A DNA stretch of 64,000 nt from assembly GCF_004010195.1 (NCBI RefSeq), contig NC_057719.1:22188896-22252895 (forward strand), given 5' to 3'. The notes under the pieces are model-generated. The model was given only the letters and a program-made list of their open reading frames with translations. It ran no database searches and had not been told where the DNA came from. A program made the translations under genes and the position numbers. Positions 1 through 12,431 of this stretch are shown in pieces (positions within the stretch are counted from its first letter, which is position 1; every line of letters begins with the position of its first letter). The stretch comes from Chiloscyllium plagiosum. Its lineage: Eukaryota.

Positions 1-382
1 CTTGAGAATACATTCTAAAGTAAAAATAATTGGATACCTCAAAACATGTTGTCTCAAAAAAGTGGAGAAAGAAGAGGCGAGAGCCATGGATTGATAGTTT
101 TTGGGATTTAAGAAAGATGTCATATGGCTGTAAGATCAGGAAAGACCATGAAGCAATTGAGTTTGGAGGATAATAATTATAAGTTTGAAGCATTGGGGAG
201 CCTAGAACCAATATGGGTCAATATATAGAGGGCAAGTTGGAAGTAGCATTCGGCATAAAACAGGAAGTAAACATTGGAATTTTTGTTGAGTTTAGGTTTT
301 GTTGGGTAGAAGTTGGAACACCTGCAAGATGATTTTTTAGTAGTTGCATCTGGTGTTGTACATGACGTTTGAAGCATTAAAT

Positions 383-855
383 AGAGTCATAGCGATATAC
401 AGCATGGAAAGAGATCCTTTCATCCAACTCATGTTGACCAGAATCCTAATTCAGTCTCGTCCCATTTGCCAGCATTTAGCTTATATCCCTCTAAATCTTT
501 CTATTCATGATGCCTTTTAAATGTTGTAGTTGTACCAACCTCCACCACTTCCTCTGGCAGTTCATTCCATACTTGCACCATCCTCATTCCATACTTGCAC
601 CACCGAAAAAGTTGCCCAAAGGTCCCTTTTAAATCTTTCCCCTCTCACCTTAAATCCATGCCCTCTAATTTTGGGCCCTCCCACCCTGGGGAAAAAGACC
701 TTTTCTTTTTACCCTATCCATGCCCTTCATGATTTTATAAAGCTTTGTAAGGTCACCCCTTAGCTGAAGACATTCCAGGGAAAATAGCCCCAGCCTATTC
801 AGCCTCTCCCTATCGCTCAAACCCTCCAACCCTCGCAACATCCTTGCAAATCTTG
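383..855 (-). mobile_element. CR1-clade LINE 3' fragment
   Basis: Reverse-complement tail gagtcatag at ~383; body closely matches the CR1 3' ends at 14361-14830, 33087-33540 and 6075-6480. Confidence 0.85.
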
Positions 856-1713
856 GCTAAGGCAGGAAGAAAGATGATATAACAAAGCCGGGAGGGAGTA
901 AGCATCATCGGTGAAGAAACCAGAAGCTCAGCTTGGGATCAATTTAAATACCAAGGTTATAAAAGGTTTGCTTTAACCTGAGACAGAATGGGAAGTAGCC
1001 ATTCAGGGTTTATAATGAGGGACAAAGACATGAGTCTTTCACATGCTTAAATGGAAGAAATTGTGATTCATCCAGAGTAAGATGTCAAGCAAGTAATTAG
1101 CACAGAAGGAAGGGATGAAATTGCTCCACCAAAGAGCTTTGGTGTAAGGCGATTTGGATATTGATAGTCAACTGATTCTTTGCTGGAGAGACAATTATTC
1201 ACTTAGAGCAATATAATGAATAAATGCAACATATTCAGACTTATCAAGAATCTTAACATGACTCTCTGAGGCAGATTTTCAACTTGTGGACAGTATTTAA
1301 AAATTGGTGGCAGGGATTGATGCAAATGAAATTTGTTTTTTTTTCGGATATAATGTGTGATCTGGCTCCATAACCATTTTTTATATCCTACAGCAACAAG
1401 TTGAGAATTTCTCACTGAATTACAGTGAAGCAAAAAGATACATTTTCTTCATTGAATGAGAGGAAAAGATAATGCTAAGCCAGAAGGATGGGGAATAGTC
1501 TGGTAAGTGGGGAATGGCTTTCCTTCCAACGCTGCAATTTCAAGTCCAGTAACACATAACCACATAAGAATGAGACAGCTGAAGATACTTTTGTACTGTC
1601 AGCATTTTCCCTAAAGGTGGTCTTGTTAACCAAACCTGCTGAGTACAAACTCATGGAATTGGACTAAACACTGATCATACACTATTCCGACCATTATTAC
1701 TCTATACTAGCTT

Positions 1714-2577
1714 GTTGTGGTTCTGTTCGCCGAGCTGGAAGTTTTTGTTGCAAACGTTTCGTCCCCTGGCTAGGCGACATCATCAGTGCTTGGGAGCCGC
1801 CTGCGAAGCGCTTCTTTGATGTTTCCTCCAGTGTTTATAGTGGTCTGTCCCTGCCGCATCCGATTGTCAGTTTCAGCTGTCCGCTGTAGCGGTTGGTATA
1901 TTGGGTCCAGGTCGATGTGTTTGTTGATGGAGTTTGTGGATGAATGCCATGCCTCTAGGAATTCCCTGGCTGTTCTCTGTCTGGCTTGCCCTATGATAGT
2001 AGTGTTGTCCCAGTCGAATTCATGTTGCTTGTTGTCTGCGTGTGTGGAAACAAAGGATAGCTGGTCGTGTCGTTTCGTGGCTAGTTGCAACAAATATGTC
2101 GATGACACGTTTGTAATCATTAAAAACACGGAATAGAAAAAACACACTGGATCATCAACGCCACACACACAGGAATCCGATTCACGAGAGAAGAAGAAAA
2201 GGATAGCCAACTNNNNNNNNNNTGTGCGTGGCTGTTGGTTTGTGTGCCGTTATGAGTCCTCGGGGTCGCAGTAGTCTGGCTGTCAGTTCTGAGATGCTCC
2301 TGATGTATGGTAGTGTGGCTAGTCCTTTTGGTTGTGGTATGTCCTCGTTCCGTGGTCTTTCTCTTAGGCATCTGTTGATGAAGTTGCGCGGGTATCCGTT
2401 TTTGGCAAATACCAAATTACAAACATGTCATCGACATATTTGGTGCAAACGTTATGTCGATGACACGTTTGTAATCATTAAAAACACGGAAATACAAAAA
2501 AACACACCAGATCATCAACGTTCGCTCGGCGAACAGAACCACAACAACGAGCACCCGAGCTACAAATCTTCGCACAA
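1714..2577. mobile_element. Rearranged Penelope-like retroelement (Penelope/Poseidon-like) with inverted pLTR, GIY-YIG C-terminus and RT fragments
   Basis: Minus ORFs give HEFDWDNTTIIGQARQRTAREFLEAWH (PLE endonuclease C-terminus) and NGYPRNFI..LPYIRSISE (thumb); plus strand gives WCKRYVDDTFVI (RT motif). Ends are inverted (1712-1735 vs 2523-2547). 15-bp TSD actctatactagctt at 1699-1713 and 2578-2592. Contains a 10-N gap. Confidence 0.9.
1750..1789 (-). ncRNA. Minimal type I hammerhead ribozyme in PLE pLTR
   Basis: GCA-CUGAUGA-U-GUC(G)CCU-AGCC-AGG(G)GAC-GAA-ACGU-U-UGC: core boxes, stem II, palindromic helix III (ACGU) and stem I GCA/UGC. Confidence 0.8.
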
Positions 2578-2618
2578 ACTCTATACTAGCTTTGTAGGAG
2601 ACTCTAGCTTGAGACAGG

Positions 2619-2876
2619 TAAAAACAATGACTGCAGATGCTGGAAACCAGAGTCTAGATTAGAGTGGTGCTGGAAAAACACAGCAGTTCAGGCAGCATCC
2701 GAGGAGCAGTAAAATCGACATTTCGGGCAAAAACCCTTCATCAGAAATACAGGCAGAGAGCCTCCTCTCACTTATCTCTCCATCCTTTGGGCTTTTGCCC
2801 GAAACGTCGATTTTACTGCTCCTCGGATGCTGCCTGAACTGCTGTGTTTTTCCAGCACCACTCTAATCTAGACTCT
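2619..2876. mobile_element. Non-autonomous PLE insertion (family A), inverted pLTR pair
   Basis: ~2650-2730 and ~2789-2876 are reverse complements; hammerhead-like motif at 2715-2746 (-); imperfect TSD gcttgagacagg/gcttgcaacagg. Confidence 0.8.
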
Positions 2877-3329
2877 GGCTTGCAACAGGCCAACACATAA
2901 AAGGTCCATGCATTTGTGCAGAGGCAATTGAAGTGTTGGAGAAAGCATATAAACATTCAAGTAATTCATATATATGATCTTCCAAGCACCCCGTCCTCCA
3001 TGCGTGTATCCAAGATTGCAGTTCATTTACTGGGTATATTAGCTATCTCAGAACCCACTGAACCTGACTGGAAATAAATCATCATCAATGCCAAATGCAA
3101 ATGAGTACAGTATTGGACGCTGATTGCAGACCAAATGTTTGGTGAGTGGGGAGTTAAAAGAACTGAGTTTGTTCTTAAAATCTAATCTAAAATATAATTA
3201 ACATTACTGAAACACTGTGTTTTATTTATCAGTCTGCAAGCAGACTAAGTTGCTTTCTTCCAGCTGAGTCAGGGTAAACACTCTCTGCTTTAAGAGCTGA
3301 GTAGTTAATTAGTTATGTAATCAGATAAA

Positions 3330-4340
3330 TGTTTGAATTGTGTTTCTTTAGGCCCAGTTCAGTGGACTACTAATACAGGATTTTTGGGTATAGCCAAAGA
3401 CAAATGAGTTCAATTAAGAAAACTGAATGCAATCCTGAGAGATTGGTGAGTGTACTATTCAAAGAAGAAGAGGAAGGAGGTAACTGTTTCCTTTAATTTT
3501 AGCCACTTTACCTGTCTCTCCCTGCAAGAACAGATTCTTGCTCTACAATAGGGAAAGGACTCATTGGGTGAGTATCTGATAAGTGATTAAGTACTATTCT
3601 ATTAAGTTTAACATATTGCACAAAAATGATGATAAAGTTAATGCAATGTATAAAAAGCAACATAAATAAGTGAATAGTAATTACTTATTAAGGATGGCAG
3701 GATAGGTGATGTGCCAAGGCTGCAGCAGGTGGGGGCTGGATCTCATTGTGATCCTTTTGCAACACATGTTTGAAGGTTGAGTAGTTTCAGCTCAGAGTTT
3801 ATCAACAGGAGGCTGAATTACAGGCACTGCAACGCATGTGATGGAAGTGTCACCTCAAAGGTCATTGCAGAAAATAAAAATATCTCAGCATGGATGGAAG
3901 ATTGACTGGCCAACAGACAGAAAGGAGAGTATGCATGAATGGGTCTTTTTTTTGTTGGCAGGAATTGACAAGTGGACTCCCACAAGGGTCTATATTGGGT
4001 CTCAGTTTTTTAACAATTTACATCATAACTTAAATGAGGAAAGGAAGAAGCAAAGTAGCTAAATCTACAGAAACGCAAAGGTAGGAAGGAAAATATTTTG
4101 CATGAGTGAGTGGGTTAAAAGCTGGTAAATAGAGTATAATAGGAAAAATGCGACATTGTTGACTTTGGCAGGAAGAATGAAATGCAGAGTATTTGTTAAA
4201 CACAGACAACTGGAGAAATCCAAGGTGTAAAGGATTTTACATGTTCTGGGAATGAGAACACATTATGTAGGTACAGAATGTAATTAAGATGTTTAATGGG
4301 ATGTTATCCATTAATATGAGAGAATTTGAATGTAAAATTA
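3330..4340 (+). mobile_element. Old, highly degraded CR1 LINE (5' region and RT remnants)
   Basis: Degenerate RT-like sequence at 3890-4330 resembling younger CR1 copies in the window; 5' limit uncertain. Confidence 0.55.
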
Positions 4341-4342
4341 AG

Positions 4343-5160
4343 AAAAGAAACAGAAATTGCTAGAAAAAAAGTCTGGCGGCATCTGCAGCGAGAAATCAGA
4401 GATAACGTTTCAGGTCCAGTGAGCCTTCTTCATAACTGATTTTAGCTCAGAAAAGGTTGGCAATCTGCCAAATGTACGTTGAGGGAGGGGAGGGGAGTAA
4501 AATGGATCCCAGAGACAGAGAGAAAAACAACTGGATAGACAAAGGAATGGGGAAAGTTCAGCCTGGGAGAATGTGAAGCTACTCATGGGGAGCATTAGTA
4601 GCTGACAATGACTGTGCTAACAGCCCATGTGATGACAAGGCCTGGTGTGTGGGGTCTGGGGAAAGGACATAGGAGAGGGTGCCCAGAACCTAAAAATATT
4701 GAATTCAATATTAAGTCCTGAAGGCTACAGGGTGCTCGAGTGGAAAATGAGATGCTGTTCTTCCATTTTGTACTGAGCTTCACTGGAGCGTTGCAGCAAA
4801 CCTGAGACAGAGATGCTGAAGAGAGAATACAGCGGTGTGCTGAAGTAGCAGGCAACACGAAGCTCAGGTCATTTTGCAGACAGAACTTAGGTGTCTAGCA
4901 ATACGATTGTCCTGTCTGTGTTTCATCTTCCAATATAGAGCAGACCACATTGTGATCTGATAGAGTAGGTTGAGTGAAGTGCAGGGAAACTTATGTCTCG
5001 GGATTTGGACAGTGAGGAGGGAGGAAGTGGACAGGCAGTCATTATACCTACTACAATTACATGGAAAGGTTATCAAGGGGGTGTGGGAGGGTTGTTTGGA
5101 GTGGAGGAAATGTGGACCAGGTAAGTCCTGGAGAGAACAGTCCCTGTGGAAGGCTGATGT
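4343..5160 (-). mobile_element. Neptune-type PLE 3' fragment (Cys linker, GIY-YIG remnant, pLTR)
   Basis: ORF 4864-5076 (FPCNCSRYNDC..SSLLTVQ..FPCTSLNL..ALY) parallels the cleaner copy at 18989-19340; degenerate hammerhead at ~4403-4437. Confidence 0.75.
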
Positions 5161-5691
5161 TTAAAAGAGCATCCATAAAGCCTAACATAAGTGTTCATTG
5201 TTCAAAAAACCCCAAGAGTGAAAGGAGAGTCATTTTTTAACAAATGTCCAGTGAGAGTGAAGGCCTGCACAGATCAATGCATACTGATGTGAAATGATTG
5301 TGAACAGTTCTCATGGATTTGAAGTGAGAAAAGTTAGTCAGATGGGTTACAAGAGTGATTAGAACAGAATAATTTTGCACTTAATTATCTAGGTCAATAC
5401 TGTGCATGATACCAATAACTCAGTTTTGATTGGACCAAGGGACTACAGCTTCTGAAGGTATGCTGTCTGAAACTTTTATATCATCTATTTTCTGGAGTCG
5501 CTTTCACCTAAAGTTACCGAGAGGAATCTTTGCAGCTTCTGAACGATATGGGCAATGCTGTGTCCTTTGGGAAAATATGGCAAGACCAGAAAATGAGATG
5601 CTTGACGAGCAGAAAAATAATCCTATTTTCCAGTCATGGTTTTAACAGTGAGCGACTAGAGACCTATTTCCATAAATTAACATTTCATTAT

Positions 5692-5907
5692 TGAAATCAC
5701 TCCATAGAGGCCAGTATCCCATCACCAAGCCATCCTTTATTTACTTAGAACTTGAACTGGGCCGTTTTCCTCAGAGCCAGCTCTCAGAGTTAGCGGAACC
5801 TCTGACACTGTCAGCCAGGGCTCCATGGTTGGACCATGTTGGCAGCCTCAGTCAGAGAACTCATATTCTATGAGATCCACCTGGCTGACCTTGTCACAAT
5901 CACTAGA
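5692..5907 (-). mobile_element. Solo LTR
   Basis: Homologous to 35819-36013 and 58909-59143; AATAAA on the minus strand; one terminus mutated. Confidence 0.65.
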
Positions 5908-6074
5908 GGTATTATCTAATCTCATCTCATTTCTGAGCAGTTTGCTATTTTACCAGGCAATGGAGAGAAACTAGATGGTGATAATTTATAGCGTGGCAAT
6001 CTGACCAGATGCCTAACACTTGAACTCTTTGCTTGCTCCTATGGGCATCCATCTTGAGCAGCAGTCCTCAACAT

Positions 6075-6480
6075 AGGCTGAGACTTTTTCTCCTGAAGTG
6101 TCAGAGGCTGAGGGGGGGCCTTCTGTAGACTTGTAAAATCATAGGATAAGGTAAATAGCCAAGGTCTTTTTTTTCCCCTAGGACAGGAGAGTCCAAAATT
6201 AGAGGGCATAGGTTTAGGGTGAGAGGGGAAAGATTTAAAAGGACCTGAGAGGCAACATTTTCACACAGCAGGTGGCGCATGTATAGAAGAGGAGGTGGTG
6301 AAGGCTGGTACAATTACAACATTTAAAAGGCATCTGGATGGGTACATCAATAGGAAGGGTTTAGAGGGATATGGGCCAAGTGCTGGCAAATGTAACCAGA
6401 TCAGTTTAGGATATCTGGTCAGCGTGGTTGAGTTGGACTGAGGGGTCTGTTTCCATGCTGTAGATCACCATGATTCTATC
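6075..6480 (+). mobile_element. CR1 LINE 3' fragment
   Basis: Reverse complement of the 14361-14800 CR1 3' end. Confidence 0.85.
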
Positions 6481-6594
6481 CCATGGGCAGCAACCATCTG
6501 CAATTTTCATCCACTGAATTTGGCATTGAATGCATACCAGCCTCAATACATCAACATGGCATGTCTCCCACTCACTTTTCATACAGTCGATGAG

Positions 6595-7310
6595 GTGTTG
6601 AGTTAGAAAAAGCACAGCAGGTCAAGCAGCATCAGAGGAGTAGGGGAGTTGGCGTTTCAGGTCAGAATCTTTCATTAGGGCTAGGGGAGGATGAAAGGGG
6701 CTGCAAAATAGATAGAGGGAGTGGGGGGGGGGCTAGGGGAAAGGGGAAGGGGAAGGGACGGCAATAAGTAAATGCAGGTAGGAGAGGTGAATGTAGATAG
6801 GAGGTGGCTGTGATTGGTCAGTGGGAATGGTGGAGCAGATAGGTGGGAAGGAAGATGGATGAGTTGGTCAGGTCAAGGGGGTATGATGGACAAGGAGGGC
6901 CTGTGGGGGGATGAGGTGGGGTGTTCGGAGAGGTGGGGACACTTGGAAGCTGGTGAATTCTATGTTGATACTGTATGGTTGTAAGCTCCTGAGGCTGAAG
7001 ATGAGGTGTTCTTCCTCCCGTTTGTGTGTGGCCTTGTGTTAAGGTAGTGGAGGCCCAGGATGGACATGTCATCAGGGGAGTGGGAGGGGGAATTGAAATG
7101 GATGACAACTGGAAGTGGGGTTGATTGGAGCGTACGGACCATAAATGTGCCCTGAACCGGTTCCCGAGTTTGTGCTCAGTCTCTCCAATGTAGAGGAGAC
7201 CACATCGGGAGCAATGGATGCAGTAAATCAGGTTAGAGGAAATGCATGTGAATCTCTGTCAGACTTAGCATGATACTCTGTGGCCTTTGACGGAGGTGAG
7301 AAGGGAAGTG
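6595..7310 (-). mobile_element. Neptune-type PLE 3' fragment
   Basis: HFNSPSHSPDDMSILGL endonuclease C-terminus; purine-rich 3' UTR on plus strand; family A pLTR with decayed hammerhead at ~6650-6680. Confidence 0.8.
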
Positions 7311-7469
7311 TATGACTTCAGTAACACATTTTAGAGTGCACAAACACACTTAAATGCAATGTTACTGCGGGGTAACTTTGTGTGCAGGGATAAGCACCCA
7401 TCTCATGCTTTGGAAGAGGGTGCACTTCAGGACTCCTGGCTCACTCTCTTAATGCTCATTCACTGCTTC

Positions 7470-8235
7470 AGCTTCACTGGGTCGGCCAGCATGTGTTATC
7501 CATCCAAAGTTGCCCTTGATAGTGTGGTCGTGAGCTTTGTAATGCTGTAGAGACACCAAAAAGTGCTATTAGGAAGGAAGTTTCATGAAGTTGACTGAAG
7601 GAACAGCAGTATATTTCCAAGTCAGGAAGTTGCGAGGCTTTTCACATCTTTTTAGATGGTAGTGGTCACGTGTTTGAAAACTGTTACCAAAGGAGCTTTG
7701 GTGGATTTCTACAGTTTATTTGGAAAGATGGTACAATCTGCTGCTACTGAGTATTAATGGTGGAGGGAGAGAATGGTGCCGGATGTGGTATCCATCAAGT
7801 GAGTGTTTTCTCCTGGATGGTGTCAAGATTCTTGGGTGTTGTTAAGCGGCATTCACCCAAGCCACATTCCTGATATGTGCTTTGTAGATGTTAGTCAGGT
7901 TTTGGAGAGTCAGGAGGTGAGTTATTTGCTGCAGGATTTTGAGCATTTGATCTTCTTTTGTAGCCACAGTACCTATATGCTGAGTCCAGTTTGGTTTCTA
8001 GTCAACGGTAACCTCCAGAATGCTGATAGTGAGGTATTCAGTATTGGTAATGCCATTGAATGTCAAAGGCAGATGATTAGATTCTTTTTCATGTTGGAAA
8101 CAATCATGGCCTGATACTTCTTTGACACAAATCTAACTTCCCACTATCAGCTCAAGCCTCGATATTATCCAAGGTCTGGCTGCATTTGGACTTACATTAC
8201 CTCAATATCTGAGGAGTTACAAGTGGTGCAGATGA
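7470..8235 (-). mobile_element. Old CR1-like LINE 3' part
   Basis: Similar to 56300-56600 (+), 16715-17100 and 46530-46720; degenerate. Confidence 0.55.
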
Positions 8236-8299
8236 GGAAGTCACAGCTGAAGGACCCTCAGGATGCACAGTAAGATCAAGGGCCTAGAATCCATCATTC

Positions 8300-9062
8300 C
8301 CAAAGCAGCTTCCAGAGCAAAGCACATGAGCACCACAGGCTGACAATGTCCCAGGATACTGACATGGATTTTCGCTATCTGCTGAAGCAGGACATTTGAC
8401 CTGAAGGAGAGGATGACCATCCTATCCTGGTGGTCATTGATGTGACAACTGTGCCAATCTTTTATGAACTTGGCTGCTTCCAAGAATCCACTGGAGGTCT
8501 CTCAATCCTCAATCAGCAAATGTATGAAAACTCTTACTGATGTTCCAGATCACACTGCTTCAAATCATTTCCCTGTGATGATATCAGTGTTACAATCCTG
8601 AAAATGGGATTTTTCATGAGGGGTGGATTCCCATAAGTGTAAGGTGTTATAGACTTTCTACATGTCCAGTTGAAAGCACCAAATTGTAATGTGGCTAACT
8701 TAATGAACAGAAAGTCTTCTATTCAGTAAATGTATAAGTCCTCTGTGATCACCGGTTCTGCAAACTAAAGGTCCATGCCATAATAGCCAGGTAGCAGCCA
8801 TAATGTTACTATTGAGAACACTGAATTTTCTGATTCATTTTAAGAGCCTGAGGATGGTTGCTGGGAGACAAAGGCTACACTCTGCAATTGATTGAAGGCT
8901 GAGGTTGTGTGCAAATACAATGCAATTCTTCCAACAGGGCCCTCCTGGAGCAGGTAATGGAGCTCCTGAAGATGAGATTCCAACATTGGAGGACACACTT
9001 CAGTAGTGTCCGTACAGAGTGGGCTACATATTCCGAGCATACCTTATGCCACACAACTGGAG
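8300..9062 (+). pseudogene. PIF/Harbinger transposase remnant
   Basis: GFP*V*GVIDFLHVQLKAP (8625-8681), NRK..YSVNV-like motif (~8705), GWLLGDKGY (8852-8878) and RALLEQVMELLKMRF are HARBI1-type DDE motifs in the expected order, with stops and frameshifts. Interrupted by a CR1 at ~9070. Confidence 0.85.
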
Positions 9063-9069
9063 CTGGCAA

Positions 9070-9878
9070 AGAGGGGGCGTGGGAAAGTGTGAGGTCATGC
9101 ACTTTGGTAGAAAGAATGGAGGCTTGGAGTATTTTCTAAATGGGGAGAAAATTCAGAACTCTGAAGTGCAAAGGGACTTGGGAGTCCTAGTCCGGGTTTC
9201 TCTTAAGGTAAACTCGCAGGTTGAGTGGGTAGTTAGGAAAGCAAATACAATGTTGTCATTCATCTCGAGAGGACTAGAATATAAAAGCAGGGAGGTACTT
9301 CTGAGGTTTTATAAGGTTCTGTTCAGACCACATTTAGAGTGTTAAGAGCAATTTTGGGCGCTATACCTCAGGAAGGCCCCGTATTGCCCCTGGAATGGGT
9401 CTAGAGGAGGTTCACAAGAATGTTGCCAGGAATGAAAGTTTTAATATGTGAGGGATGTTTGAGGACTCTGGGACTATACTCAATTGAATTTATAAGGATG
9501 AGGGGGAGGTCTAATAGAAACTTACAGAATATTGAATGGCCTGGACAGAGTGGACTTTGGGAAGATGTTTCCATTGGCAGGAGAGTTTCAGACCCAAGGG
9601 TACAGCCTTAGAGTAAAGGGAAGACCCTTTAGAACGGAGATAAGAAGAAATGTCTTCAGCCAGAGGATGGAATTCATTGCCACAGAAGGCTGTGGAGGCC
9701 AGGTCATTGAGTATATTTCAAGCAGAGATAAATAGGTCCTTGATTGTCAAGGGGATCAGATGTTATGCAGAGAAAGCGAAAGGATGGGGTTGGAAAAACT
9801 TATCAATCATGATTGAATGGCAGAGCAGACTCGATGGGCTGAATGGCCTAATTTCTGCTCCGATGTCTCTTGGTTTTA
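9070..9878 (+). mobile_element. CR1 LINE 3' fragment nested in the Harbinger element
   Basis: KCEVMHFGRKN..QRDLGVLV..ISRGLEYKSREVLLRFYKVLFRPHLE; CR1-type 3' UTR. Confidence 0.9.
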
Positions 9879-11468
9879 CGTGATGGATGTGAAGTCTATG
9901 GAGAATGCAGCAGGTTCCTAAGGAGGGAGCAGAGGATATTAAGCAGGAGGAGTAGCAACTTCGCCATTGTGCAGCACCAGGCACAACAAGCCAGATATGA
10001 ATTAAATGAAGCAAGTTTTCAATCGATGTGACCTGGGTTCATTGATTGTAAATGTGTTGCTATTCCAAAGGCAAACAGTCCCTGTTTATTCCCAATCACA
10101 AATGTAGCTATTCTGCATTTCTCTTTCCCCATTTTTTTCCTTGTTGTTCAATAAATAATTGTTGACAGTAATATGTAAAGGCTTTCCAAATTGTGCTACT
10201 CCAGCATTGAATAAGGAACAAATGTCACTCTCCGCTGGGTGTTAGGAAAAGAGTTGCACTCCTTCAGACAATTCAGGTATTAAATCTGAGACTTGAGATG
10301 GGTAGCCTCCATTACATCATTCTTGTATCCGCAATTACTCTGAAATTTGATCAGACAAATGATGAGTAAAGTAATTGCAAATATAATTGCAAAGTGAGAT
10401 AATATTTACAATGTGTTGTTTCATGTTCTATATGTCTGCCTTCAGACGTCTTTAATTTAGGTTTCCCTCTCACGACATGTACTGTGAAGGGCTATTGCTT
10501 GCAGAAGTGAGTTTTAAATATGGTGCTGCCAGCACAAATCATAGAAAGACATGAGAACACACCCCCACCCAAACCTGGCTCCCCCACGAGGAGAAAGTGA
10601 GGACTGCAGATGCTGGCCTTCCCCACCCCAACCACAGTAGCTGTGAGTACACAATGGTGCAACATTGTAGGGATGTGATGCATTCCTAATAAGCTGAGCA
10701 GTAGAGAATTGCATGAGACAACCTGCTCAATTTCAGGAAGAGATTACCCCCCCAACCAATTTTCCATATGGCCGAGCCCATAGTGTCTGTAAAAACATGA
10801 GACCTATTTCGAATGTACGTCTATTATCTATGTACACACCCACTTTTGGACCCAATCCCAGCATCTGTTGATTTCTGTGTCCCTCAGTTCCCTCCTCTGG
10901 TTCAGCTCACCCGTGGGCATGTTGCCAGGGCACAGCTCTGTCCATGTAATCCATTTCCAAGTACTGGGTGTGCTCCGCCTGGTCAGACTGGAGCTTAGGA
11001 GCAGGGTGGAGAATGTTACTGTGACTCAGTTCTCCTTCAGCTTTCGCCAGTTGGGAGCTGGCATGGATATCATCTGATCTCACGAGGAGAAACAAGAAAA
11101 TGACCACAATTATTTTCTGCTATTTTCTTTTTAAAGTAGTTCTGGTGTTGAATTGAGCTGGTGATAAACCAAAACATTTACAAATTGTTCAGGGCAGAAC
11201 CTGCCCATTAATATCCCATGATTTTCCACACTTCATTTTTAAATGGGTGGGGAATCAGTCTTAATAATTTCCCACCAAGCTGTCCGCTATGTATAATTCC
11301 CCACCAGTGGTGCAGAGCCTTGGAAAAATCCACTCATTGAAATTGTTGATGCATCCGGACAATTACATTGCCTGCAGCTGTCCGGAACAACCAACTCAAG
11401 ATCAGAACTGAACTAAGAATTTTCCTATTCTTAATGGTGGGTACAAAGTGAGTCTGATATTAAGATAT

Positions 11469-11784
11469 GGGCGGCACAGTGGCACAGTGGTTAACACTGC
11501 TGCCTCACAGCGCCAGAGACCCGGGTTTAATTCCTGCCTCAGGCGACTGACTGCGTGGAGTTTGCACGTTCTCCCCATGTCTGCGTGGGTTTCCTCCGGG
11601 TGCTCCGGTTTCCTCCCACAGTCCAAAGATGTGCAGGTTAGGTGAATTGGCCAGGCTAAATTGCCCGTAGTGTTAGGTCAAGGGGTAAATGTAGGGGAAT
11701 GGGTCTGGGTGGGTTGCGCTTTGACGGGTTGGCGTGGACCTATTGGGCCGAAGGGCCTGTTTCCACACTGTAAGTAATCTAATC
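11469..11784 (+). mobile_element. HE1-like tRNA-derived V-SINE
   Basis: A box tggcacagtgg, B-box-like gggtttaattcc, V-domain ggagtttgcacgttctcccc..ggtttcctcccacagtccaaag, CR1-like tail ending (taatc)n. Confidence 0.9.
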
Positions 11785-12396
11785 ATATCATTCTCTTCAA
11801 AGGAAAGTAAGCTGGATACACTTGAACAATAACAGTAAAGTCTATACCTACCACACAGAATCTTATCATTCTAATATTAACCCAAAGTTGCTGGCAGGCT
11901 CAATCACTGTCATGTGGCTACCTTGCTTCTGTATCATACTGACTTCCAATCCCAAAAATAGTAACATCTCTGTTTCTAATACTAGGAGACACCATGTGAC
12001 TTAAGGTGTGAGGGTACAAAAGATTTTTTTCTTTTTTACTGGAGCAAAACCATCTATTTTAGCACATGAGAACATGAAGGAGAAAGCCAAATCATGAAGG
12101 TGGAACATCAACATTGTTTCTGGGTGATTCAAGAAGCACGATCATTCAAAGTACCAAATCTTTACATCAAAAATGATGTATTGTATTTCACATCTCTTGT
12201 CCCTGTTCATAAGGGCACTGGACTCATTTTTAAGGCCTTTTGTCCATCCATGAAGAGTGAGTATTCATCGCTGTAACCACTGCAGCTGTAGTGAAGCAGT
12301 ATCAGTACCTATCAGTCTTAAATAGGCTGCTCTACATTCTCATAGTTAAAAATCACACAACACCAGGTTATAGTCCAACGGGTTTAATTGGAAGCA

Positions 12397-12431
12397 CACT
12401 AGCTTTCGGAGCCTCGCTCCTTCATCAGGTG
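12397..12431 (-). ncRNA. Minimal type I hammerhead ribozyme
   Basis: CAC-CUGAUGA-A-GGAGC-GAG-GCUCC-GAA-AGCU-A-GUG; all core positions and helices intact. Confidence 0.8.

Noticed and set aside
11469..11545. tRNA genes at SINE heads
   Set aside because: A/B boxes continue directly into the V-domain and LINE-like tail, so these are SINEs.
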